Shown here piece by piece: positions 19,426 through 27,431 of a stretch of 64,000 nucleotides of DNA. The DNA lies in contig JBBAWM010000001.1 of the NCBI GenBank assembly GCA_040397175.1, forward strand, positions 153,976-217,975, read 5' to 3'. Numbering within the stretch: the first letter of the stretch is position 1; each line of letters begins with the position of its first letter. Below the pieces are notes generated by a model. It was not told the DNA's origin, ran no database searches, and saw only the letters and a list, made by a program, of their open reading frames with translations. Source of the DNA: Candidatus Limnocylindrus sp. GTDB lineage: Bacteria > Chloroflexota > Limnocylindria > Limnocylindrales > Limnocylindraceae. The translations under genes and the position numbers were made by a program.

Positions 19426-20939
19426 TGGGTGGCAGCAGCGACCCACGCGCACTAGGCCCAGGGGCGGCTGCACCACGTCGTGTCTTGTTTGGCTTGCTCG
19501 ATGCGAATGGCTGGGGCTGGGCAGGGGTCCGCTCCGTGCTCTGGACCCTCGTCATCATCTTGATGCTCGGCTACATCCCAGACCGCGCCTACTACCTCAC
19601 CGTCTCACCAACGGTCGAGCTCGGTCTGAACCTCGCCTCACTCGTGAACATCTGCCCTGCGGAGAATGAGGGGCTGCCATGCCCAGCTCCTGCTGGCGCG
19701 CTGATTCCATGGAAGAGCGCCACCGAGGCCGATCTACCAGGCGACGGCGTGGATGGTTCGCTGCTGCAGGCTGGCGCACATCTGTATTACATCGGTGGAA
19801 CTTCGGGCTCCGCAACGCGCATCGCCACCACCACCGTCTCCGTGGCAACAGTTGATGCCGCAGGGCTCAGTGCCTGGACCGCTGCGGCGCCACTCCCTGA
19901 GGCGCGCGCGCACGCCGCTGTCGCCTTCTTCGCCGGCAAGGCATATGTGATCGGCGGAGCATCAGACACCACCCCCGCAACCGCATCGGTGTACGTGGGT
20001 ACACCTGATGCAACGACGGGGCTGATTACCGCGTGGGTGAAGCTTGATGCACTCGAGCTACCAGCTGCACGTGCTGGCGCATCGGTCACCGTCGTCTCTG
20101 ACGGCATCGTTGTACTCGGTGGCGAGGGGACAGACCGTTCGCCGACCACCACCGTTTGGAAAGCGAAGCTCGGCACCAACGGCGAACTCGAGCCGTGGGC
20201 CGACTTTATGGATCTTCCGGAGCCACGCAGCCACGCCGCCGCAGCGCTCATTGGTGATTCGATTTACGTCTGGGGTGGCAAGGATGTGAACGGCCCAGCC
20301 GCCGAAGCGGTTCGCGGCGACATCGCCGTTGCTCCTGCGGTCGGAGGCCACAGCGCACCGGTCGTAAATCCTGACCAAGGTGATGCCGAGATTGGCACGA
20401 TCTACCGCTGGGATGGAGGACCACAAGAAGGCAACCTGCCAACCCCACGCGACGGCGCTGCGCTGTGGAGCGCCAACGGCACCCTCTACGTCGCGGGCGG
20501 CACGATCGATGGAGCAGCAACGTCAAGCGTGCTGTGGGCAGCGCCAGTCGCCGCAACAGGTTTGACCAAGTGGACATCAGTAGAGCTGAGCGACCTCCCG
20601 GCCGACGGCGCTCGAGTGGGTGCGAGCGGGGTAGTTATTGGTGCGCACGTGATTCTGCTCGGCGGCGCCGATGCTGCTGGCGCGTACAGCGCTGGTGCAC
20701 TCTCTGCCGGCACATCGCTCAAGGCGCCGGTCTTTCGTGTTGGCCTCTTCGGCCTCACGGTGCCAGGACTGGCACTCCAGGGTGAAGTTGGTCAGCAGAT
20801 CGGCTTCCTCTCCGCCGCAGGGGCCTGGACCCTCAACTTCGTGATCATGCTCGGCGCCGCCGTGGCATATAGCCAGCGCGAGCGCTTTCGTGCGTGGGTC
20901 GGCGCAAAGCTTGGCCGCAAGGGCGCATCCGCTCGCTAG
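19422..20939 (+). CDS. Kelch-repeat (beta-propeller) membrane protein
   Basis: Repeated YYIGG/YVIGG/VVLGG/YVWGG/YVAGG/ILLGG with W..LP.AR spacing; N- and C-terminal TMs; 4-nt overlap with the cytochrome c gene. Confidence 0.75.
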   Translation: MMGGSSDPRALGPGAAAPRRVLFGLLDANGWGWAGVRSVLWTLVIILMLGYIPDRAYYLTVSPTVELGLNLASLVNICPAENEGLPCPAPAGALIPWKSATEADLPGDGVDGSLLQAGAHLYYIGGTSGSATRIATTTVSVATVDAAGLSAWTAAAPLPEARAHAAVAFFAGKAYVIGGASDTTPATASVYVGTPDATTGLITAWVKLDALELPAARAGASVTVVSDGIVVLGGEGTDRSPTTTVWKAKLGTNGELEPWADFMDLPEPRSHAAAALIGDSIYVWGGKDVNGPAAEAVRGDIAVAPAVGGHSAPVVNPDQGDAEIGTIYRWDGGPQEGNLPTPRDGAALWSANGTLYVAGGTIDGAATSSVLWAAPVAATGLTKWTSVELSDLPADGARVGASGVVIGAHVILLGGADAAGAYSAGALSAGTSLKAPVFRVGLFGLTVPGLALQGEVGQQIGFLSAAGAWTLNFVIMLGAAVAYSQRERFRAWVGAKLGRKGASAR

Positions 20940-21014
20940 CTCACAACCCTCTACCTTCACGCTGCGCGGCGGGCTATGTAGAGAGGTAACTTCTCCCACG
21001 ATACGATCCCGCGG

Positions 21015-22136
21015 ATGCGATCACCATTGCAAACGTCATATCGAATTGTTTGGGGCCTTAACGCGGCGCTTGTAGCGGTATCTTTGACCCTAGCCCCCGC
21101 AGCAGCTCTTGCGACGAATCCAACAATCTCAGACCCTGGAATGCGCAGCGTGCCCAGCCTCTCGAGCCCGGTGCAGGTATGGCTCAAGGACACAACTCCG
21201 CTGACGGGCCTCACGGGAGAAATCAAAGTCGTTGCCTCGTGTGGGGCGCGCGACACTGACTGCACGCTCGCCATCAGCGTCATCACCAACCTAACTGCCG
21301 CCGTTGGGTACGAATCGAGCGCCTGGCTCACTGGCGCATCAGAGATCGGATTTGTCGGCACACAATCAGCGGTCAATGCTGCGCTAGCCTCGATGAGTGT
21401 TGCGTTAAGCGCTGCCAAGACGACTACTGTAGTCGTGAACGCCACGGCTGCAAATGTCTCAGCTCTCACACTTGACGATGGCACCCATTACTACGAGTTT
21501 GTGACCGCCGACGGCGATGTCAACTGGCTCGAAGCCCGCGCGAATGCCCTTACCCACACACTGAATGGTCTCAACGGCTATCTCGCGAGTGTTACATCTC
21601 AGACCGAAAGCGATTTCGTTGCGAGTCGGGTTGGTTCTACGGAGGCATGGCTTGGTGGCAACGATATTGATACAGAAGGGACATGGGTTTGGGCTGACGC
21701 GCCGGAGACGGATCCGTTCTTCATCTCTGGGCCCTGCGCGATAGGATTACACGGGACATGCAGTTTAAATGGCGCTGATCACTTCAACTTTTGGAGCGCG
21801 GGTGAGCCGAACAATACTGGCGCCAATGAGGATGCGCTCCAGGTCTTATTTGGGGGATCGGGGGTCTGGAACGACATTCAGGCAGGTGGCACTGGGATTT
21901 GGACACTCCCATACGTCGTTGAATACTCAGGTGGCCCAGCTGGGGGCGGTATCGATAGCGCCTCGCGCTCTTTTGCTGTGTATGCCGCTTCACCCCGCGC
22001 TTCACCCAGTACACCCCCCACAGACCTTCCTAGTACCAGCCGAAACGGCCTGGGCGTGCCGCCGATCGCACTCGCCATCCTCGCGCTTTCTGCACTTGTT
22101 GTAGGGGCGCAGATTCGACGAACAACCGCCCGCTAG
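21015..22136 (+). CDS. Secreted/surface protein with C-type lectin domain and C-terminal anchor
   Basis: Signal peptide; HYYEFV, GYLASVTS..E, WLGGND..EG.W.W, GEPNN, WND; LPSTS-TM-RR tail. Confidence 0.75.
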   Translation: MRSPLQTSYRIVWGLNAALVAVSLTLAPAAALATNPTISDPGMRSVPSLSSPVQVWLKDTTPLTGLTGEIKVVASCGARDTDCTLAISVITNLTAAVGYESSAWLTGASEIGFVGTQSAVNAALASMSVALSAAKTTTVVVNATAANVSALTLDDGTHYYEFVTADGDVNWLEARANALTHTLNGLNGYLASVTSQTESDFVASRVGSTEAWLGGNDIDTEGTWVWADAPETDPFFISGPCAIGLHGTCSLNGADHFNFWSAGEPNNTGANEDALQVLFGGSGVWNDIQAGGTGIWTLPYVVEYSGGPAGGGIDSASRSFAVYAASPRASPSTPPTDLPSTSRNGLGVPPIALAILALSALVVGAQIRRTTAR

Positions 22137-22195
22137 CCCTATCGCCACCCTATACTTCCGCGAAACACCTGCCCGGGTGTGAAGTAGGAGGAAAC

Positions 22196-22870
22196 ATGAA
22201 TACAGCAACCGCAAAGCGCCTCTTCGGCATCAACGCCCTGTTTGCATGGTTCGGCTACGCAGTAGCCGAGATCACCAACATTTTGCAGCTCGTACCACCT
22301 GAAGAGCGCTACGTACCAAGCTCACACATGTTCGGCGGCAGTGCCGACGGGCTCGCCGGGGCGATCGGTCGCGTCTTTGACTCGCACGGCTACTTCACCA
22401 CCTGGTCAAACATTGCCGTGGCCGTGACGTTGACGATGCTCTATCGGAATCCACAGCGAGTTGGGCGCGTCTTCGATTGGTTGCGCAATACTGGACTCCT
22501 CATGATCACCATGACGATGGTGCTCTACCACCTGCTCCTCGCAGGGGGGGCGAACCCACAGGGACCGTACGCAGTGTCAAATCTCTTTGAGCATTACCTC
22601 ACGCCGATCATCACGATCCTCGTATGGGGGATCGCAGGTCCACGTGGCCGATTCCCATTCGGCGACACCTTCCGCGTCTTTATCATTCCGATCGCCTACC
22701 TGGCCTACACCCTGGTGCATGGCGCGATCGCTTCGGTCTACCCGTATCCATTTTTTAACGTGGCTGAGCTCGGTTATGAATTTGTACTTACTCAGATGGG
22801 CAAGATTATTGTGGAAGGGTACGTAGTCGCGCTGGTCTACTTTGGCGTCGGGAAGCTGCGCAGTCGTTGA
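22196..22870 (+). CDS. Pr6Pr (FAR-17a/AIG1-like) membrane protein
   Basis: YFTTWSN, YHLLL, HYLTP, YPYPFFN motifs; SD AGGAGG. Confidence 0.75.
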   Translation: MNTATAKRLFGINALFAWFGYAVAEITNILQLVPPEERYVPSSHMFGGSADGLAGAIGRVFDSHGYFTTWSNIAVAVTLTMLYRNPQRVGRVFDWLRNTGLLMITMTMVLYHLLLAGGANPQGPYAVSNLFEHYLTPIITILVWGIAGPRGRFPFGDTFRVFIIPIAYLAYTLVHGAIASVYPYPFFNVAELGYEFVLTQMGKIIVEGYVVALVYFGVGKLRSR

Positions 22871-22886
22871 TCTAATCCGAAGCGTC

Positions 22887-22961
22887 TGGTGAGCCGAGCG
22901 GGGTTCGAACCCGCGACCAAGGGTTTAAAAGACCCCTGCTCTACCGCTGAGCTACCGGCCC
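22887..22961 (-). tRNA. tRNA-Lys(UUU)
   Basis: GGGCCGGTAGCTCAGCGGTAGAGC..., anticodon loop CTTTTAA, GGTTCGAA T-loop, encoded CCA. Confidence 0.95.
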
Positions 22962-23019
22962 GCGCAGATTCTCCCACGACGGGGCGCGTTGCGAGCCGCA
23001 GGCGTGGGAGAATACGGCC

Positions 23020-23517
23020 ATGAGGCGCTCATGGACGATTGACGCGGCAACGAAGGAGTTGGCCGGGCTGCGCCCGATCATCGCCCTCCTCCGCGACCAG
23101 CGCATCCAACTGGAGCGCATGAAAGATGACCTGCTCCGCCTCCGCCGCCTCGAGCGCATGGGCGCGCTGCCGGGTGGCGCTGATCAGAATCAGCTGCAGC
23201 CCGCCGACCTTGACCCAGCGCTCCGCGACGCGCTCGCGAGCAGCTCCGTTCTGGAGATGCGCATTCGGGCGGCGGTGGATCAGATGCAGGCGAGCGTCGA
23301 CCGAGTCACTGGCCGCGGCGTAGAGCTGCGCGACATCGACAGGGGCCTCATCGACTTCCCAGCGATCGCCTTCGGACTCCCGTTCCTCCTCTGCTGGGAG
23401 GAGGGAGACGGCGACGAGGTGCTCTTCGCACACAACATGGGCGACGGCTACGGTTCGCGCCTGCCCGTCGCCGAGCTCCTGCGTCGCCTCGCCGCACAGG
23501 CCGAGGGCGAGCGGTAG
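23020..23517 (+). CDS. DUF2203-like protein
   Basis: GVELRDIDRGLIDFPA...LLCWEEG...GYGSR motif. Confidence 0.75.
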   Translation: MRRSWTIDAATKELAGLRPIIALLRDQRIQLERMKDDLLRLRRLERMGALPGGADQNQLQPADLDPALRDALASSSVLEMRIRAAVDQMQASVDRVTGRGVELRDIDRGLIDFPAIAFGLPFLLCWEEGDGDEVLFAHNMGDGYGSRLPVAELLRRLAAQAEGER

Positions 23518-23846
23518 TGGGCGACCTCCCGCTGACACTTACCCCCGCAGAGGCAGCGGCACTCCTTGCTGGACCTGATGCACCGCTCCTGATTGATGTT
23601 CGTGAAGAGTCGGAGTGGAACGAGGTGCACATCCCTGGTGCCATCCTCATTCCGCTCTCGCAGTTTATGGCGCGCCAAGACGAGATCCCTGCAGGTCGAG
23701 CGCTGATCATGCAGTGCCGATCGGGTGGCCGTTCAGGTCAGGCGGCGCTGGCGCTGCGCACCGCCGGCCGCGGCAACGTTGCAAACCTCGCAGGCGGCAT
23801 TACCGACTGGGAGGCCGCAGGGCTGCCAGTTACCTACGGGGAATAA
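23517..23846 (+). CDS. Single-domain rhodanese
   Basis: LIDVRE..EW..HIPGA, CRSGGRS, NLAGGITDW. Confidence 0.9.
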   Translation: MGDLPLTLTPAEAAALLAGPDAPLLIDVREESEWNEVHIPGAILIPLSQFMARQDEIPAGRALIMQCRSGGRSGQAALALRTAGRGNVANLAGGITDWEAAGLPVTYGE

Positions 23847-23855
23847 GCTGCGCAT

Positions 23856-23884
23856 TTGACGATTTGCCCCGCGCTGCCGATACT
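23856..23884 (+). promoter_or_regulatory. Sigma70-type promoter of tRNA-fMet
   Basis: TTGACG (23856-23861), 17-nt spacer, GATACT (23879-23884), 5 nt before tRNA position 1. Confidence 0.7.
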
Positions 23885-23889
23885 TCGCG

Positions 23890-23964
23890 AGCGGGGTGGA
23901 GCAGTGGCAGCTCGTCGGGCTCATAACCCGAAGGTCGGTGGTTCGAATCCATCCCCCGCAACCA
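23890..23964 (+). tRNA. Initiator tRNA-fMet(CAU)
   Basis: Anticodon arm TCGGG-CTCATAA-CCCGA with three G-C pairs, 1:72 mismatch (A:A), encoded CCA. Confidence 0.95.
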
Positions 23965-23997
23965 ATACAACTTCAACCCCGTATCGGGGCACGTCCA

Positions 23998-24519
23998 CTA
24001 TGGGCCGTCGGCAAATTTGGCGATCTCGGCAACGCTGGTGAATGGGCCGACGCGGTAGTCGAGCACTACGCCGTTTGCGTCGAGGAGCAGGGTGAGCGGT
24101 GCTGCATTCACTGGCACCTGTGCAGCAATTGCGCCATCGGCGTCAATGAGTGTTGTCCACGTCGCGCCAAGCTCAGTCGCGGCTGCGGTCGCTGGCCCAA
24201 CCGAATCCTTGTAGAGCACTCCGAGCACCGTTGCCCCAGGGGCGAAACTTGCGCTGTAGTCGAAGAGGAGAGGAATCTCGTCACGGCAGGGGATGCACCA
24301 GCTTGCCCAGAAGTTCAGCAGGATGTGCTGGCTCCCACCCCCACCGTTTGGCCAGGTGGTGATAGTGGCTGTAGGGTCGCTGAGCGGGTGCGCCTCACCG
24401 ATGCGCATCGTTCGGCCGATGAGGTTGTCGCTGCTCGGCGCTGTGCCGTTGCAGGCGACGATCAGACTCGCGATAAGGAGCATGGCGGCGGCGCGGCGGA
24501 TGCGCGCCAAGCCGATCAC
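23998..24519 (-). CDS. TlpA/ResA-like thiol-disulfide oxidoreductase lipoprotein
   Basis: Lipobox IVAC, NFWASWCIPC; GTGA overlap with the upstream gene. Confidence 0.8.
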   Translation of the reverse strand: MIGLARIRRAAAMLLIASLIVACNGTAPSSDNLIGRTMRIGEAHPLSDPTATITTWPNGGGGSQHILLNFWASWCIPCRDEIPLLFDYSASFAPGATVLGVLYKDSVGPATAAATELGATWTTLIDADGAIAAQVPVNAAPLTLLLDANGVVLDYRVGPFTSVAEIAKFADGP

Positions 24520-25601
24520 TGGACGACGATCGCCCCCAGCATGTTCGGGTGCACGGTGCAAACGAAGACGTAGGTCTTCCCCGCGGTGAGGGAGGGAATG
24601 TCGTAGGTGCGATCATCGACGCCGTTGAAGATCTCGCCCTGATAGACCTCGGGGCCCGTGCCACTCTCTTCGTGAATGGCCACGTTGTGTGGGATTCCCG
24701 CATCCTTATTGAAGAAGTGAATGGTGAACGGCGCTCCGGCCGGCACCGTGATGGACGCCGTTTCATAGGCGACAAGTTGCGCGCAGATCGTGACGGTCGC
24801 CGTGCCACCCTCAGCACAGGCAACCGGCTCACCGCTCGGCGATGGACTCGCGTCACTCCCGCCGATGATGCCCGCCTGCGAGCCGGCAAAGAACAGAAAG
24901 GCGAGGCTAAAGAGCGCAATCGCAAATCGTGGCGCCTTTCGTGGCGTTGGGTTAACGAGATGCCCCGTGGTGTCGGCTTCAGCCGTTGCGCGGTACTCGC
25001 GGCCGGCGTCGTATAGCCAACCGATCAACGCGAGCGCCGTCATGAGCGTGCCAAGCAGGGCGAATTCGAGTCCAACGGCAACACCGAAGAGCATCACGGC
25101 GGCACCGGCGCTCACCAAGAGCGGCAGGAGTGATGGTGGTGGCAGGTGCACCCCTTCTGGTGGACCGCTCGGCGCTGCAGCGACGGCAGGTTCATCAGCG
25201 CGCAGTGCCATCGCTGAGCCTGCGCCGAGTGTGTCGTACTCGCGGACCGCCTCGCGGCCCCAGGCAACGAGTGCCACGACGAAGAGCAGCGCCGACACGG
25301 CGAGCGCTGGACCACCGAGGGCGACAGAGAAGAAGAGCGTTGCTGAGGCCGCTGAGATGAGGAACGGCGCGAGGCTTGGCCCTGGCAGGTGAATGCCCGT
25401 TGGCACCTGCGGTTTCCGAATCGGCATGCCAATGCGGCGAGGGCCGGCGCGGCGGAAACGCCAGAAGGTCCAGCCGTAGAAGGCCACGACCAGGAGCAGA
25501 ACGCCGAGTGGAATGAGTTTGATGAGCGCGCCCCAATCAGGGGCAACAAATGGCCCAAGGAGTGAGATCACCCACTCAAGAAGGGAGCGGAGAAACTCCA
25601 T
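24516..25601 (-). CDS. Membrane protein with two CtaF/COX subunit IV-like segments and a C-terminal cupredoxin domain
   Basis: IHLPGPSLAP and VHLPPPSLLP, each followed by two TMs ending in a W-(G)RE-like motif; PHNV...CTVHPNM. Confidence 0.7.
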   Translation of the reverse strand: MEFLRSLLEWVISLLGPFVAPDWGALIKLIPLGVLLLVVAFYGWTFWRFRRAGPRRIGMPIRKPQVPTGIHLPGPSLAPFLISAASATLFFSVALGGPALAVSALLFVVALVAWGREAVREYDTLGAGSAMALRADEPAVAAAPSGPPEGVHLPPPSLLPLLVSAGAAVMLFGVAVGLEFALLGTLMTALALIGWLYDAGREYRATAEADTTGHLVNPTPRKAPRFAIALFSLAFLFFAGSQAGIIGGSDASPSPSGEPVACAEGGTATVTICAQLVAYETASITVPAGAPFTIHFFNKDAGIPHNVAIHEESGTGPEVYQGEIFNGVDDRTYDIPSLTAGKTYVFVCTVHPNMLGAIVVQ

Positions 25602-25616
25602 ACGACCTAGGTTTCC

Positions 25617-25781
25617 TTAGGCGTCGGTGTTCATCGCGTGGATCAAGATCAGCGTCATCGTTGCCATCGCAATTCCCAGGGCGAAGAGGAGCACGGCTCC
25701 CTGAAGATCGTTCGAGACGAAAAGATAGATGGCGCCGATGGTCACGAAGAGGAGGCCAAACGCGTAGGCGAACTTGTTCAT
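25617..25781 (-). CDS. 54-aa two-TM small protein (not in ORF track), resembling the N-terminal half of CtaF
   Basis: MNKFAYAFGLLFVTIGAIYLFVSNDLQGAVLLFALGIAMATMTLILIHAMNTDA; SD GGAGG 7 nt upstream. Confidence 0.7.
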   Translation of the reverse strand: MNKFAYAFGLLFVTIGAIYLFVSNDLQGAVLLFALGIAMATMTLILIHAMNTDA

Positions 25782-25875
25782 GGCTAGACCTCCCTTTCGC
25801 CCTGTGGGCTCAACCTTGGTGCTCGGTTGATTGTAGCGCCGCCCAAAAAACCACGAACTGGACGAAGATGCGGGT

Positions 25876-26820
25876 ATGACGCATCTGCTGCTGGTCCCGA
25901 CTCATGGGGCGACCCCGCCTGAGCTCTCACTGGAGGCACTCCTCTACTGGGCCTGGCCGCCCCTTGTCACGATCGCCGTTGTGGTGATCAGCCTCCTCTG
26001 GGTGCGAGCGATCCGCCAGGTGGCTCGGGAACATCCGGGGAACCCGTATCCGCGCCGTCGCACCGTCAGCCTTGCAGCCGCCTTGGTACTCCTACTCCTA
26101 GCGCTGCAGTCAGGTATCGAGCGATACGACACGACTCTTTTCTCGATGCACATGATTCAGCACCTGATCCTGCTCTTCCCCGTGCCCATCCTGCTGCTGC
26201 AGTCGGGTCCGGTAACGCTCCTCCTCCGTGTCGCCTCACCACGCTGGCGTGCGCGCGTCCTTCGCGTCATGCAGAGCCGAGTCGTAGGAGTGATCAGCCA
26301 TCCACTTGTCGGCTGGACACTGCTGGTCGCCGTGATGTGGGGGACGCATCTCTCGATCTTGTTTGACGCGGCGCTTGAGGAGCCGTTTATTCACGACATC
26401 GAGCACTCACTCTATCTAGTCACCGCCCTCCTCTTCTGGGCGCCAATCTTCTCGGTCGACCCGATCCGGCACCGCCTGCGCGGCGCCGGCGCGCTGATCT
26501 ATCTCATTGCTCAGATGCCGCAGAACAGCTTCCTCGGCGTGGCGATCATGTGGTCAACGACGCCGCTCTATCCGCACTACGTCACGCTGCAGCGCGCCTG
26601 GGGGCCGTCCCCGCTCGAGGATCAGCAGCTCGCGGGCGCAATCATGTGGCTCGTTGGCGACGCGCTCTTCTTGGCTGCGATCTTCGTCGTACTGGCGGCG
26701 CTGGCGAAGTCTGAGGAGCGCCCAGAATCACGATACGATGAGGCGCAGACGGCGGCGGCGATTATCGAGATCCGCCGACGAGAGGTGCTCCTGGCGGAGC
26801 GGAAGAGGAGCGAAGAGTGA
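25876..26820 (+). CDS. ctaG: Cytochrome c oxidase assembly factor CtaG (caa3 type)
   Basis: FSMHMIQHL, H..EH, LFWAPI, DQQLAGAIMW..GD. Confidence 0.85.
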   Translation: MTHLLLVPTHGATPPELSLEALLYWAWPPLVTIAVVVISLLWVRAIRQVAREHPGNPYPRRRTVSLAAALVLLLLALQSGIERYDTTLFSMHMIQHLILLFPVPILLLQSGPVTLLLRVASPRWRARVLRVMQSRVVGVISHPLVGWTLLVAVMWGTHLSILFDAALEEPFIHDIEHSLYLVTALLFWAPIFSVDPIRHRLRGAGALIYLIAQMPQNSFLGVAIMWSTTPLYPHYVTLQRAWGPSPLEDQQLAGAIMWLVGDALFLAAIFVVLAALAKSEERPESRYDEAQTAAAIIEIRRREVLLAERKRSEE

Positions 26821-27059
26821 GCGTGGCAATTGATCCGGTCTGCGGCATGGAGGTGACAATCGCCCCTGACGCCCTCACCACCTCGATCGAAGTCGCGGGG
26901 CTCCCCGTTGCTGGTCAGGCCGACCGCCATCGTGGCGCGCTCGACGTGAGCGCCCCTGGGCAGGAGCGCTTCTACTTCTGCGGGCGCGGCTGCCTCCTCG
27001 ACTTCCAGGACGACCCCAGCCCCTTTCTAGACGCGGGGTATCAGCCCTCGGGGATGTAG
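26817..27059 (+). CDS. YHS/TRASH-domain metal-binding protein
   Basis: DPVCGMEV ... FYFCGRGC...F..DP. Confidence 0.75.
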   Translation: MSVAIDPVCGMEVTIAPDALTTSIEVAGLPVAGQADRHRGALDVSAPGQERFYFCGRGCLLDFQDDPSPFLDAGYQPSGM

Positions 27060-27133
27060 GGCAAGTCGGGCGGGAAGTGGTACCTTCTCGCGCACAGGTC
27101 CCCACAAGGGGATAGCAGAGAGGAGCGCACACC

Positions 27134-27421
<288 letters not shown>

Positions 27422-27431
27422 GGCGGGCGCC

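Noticed and set aside
20940-22886. tRNA-Lys-integrated element with att duplication
   Set aside because: No second copy of the tRNA 3' end found by eye and no integrase
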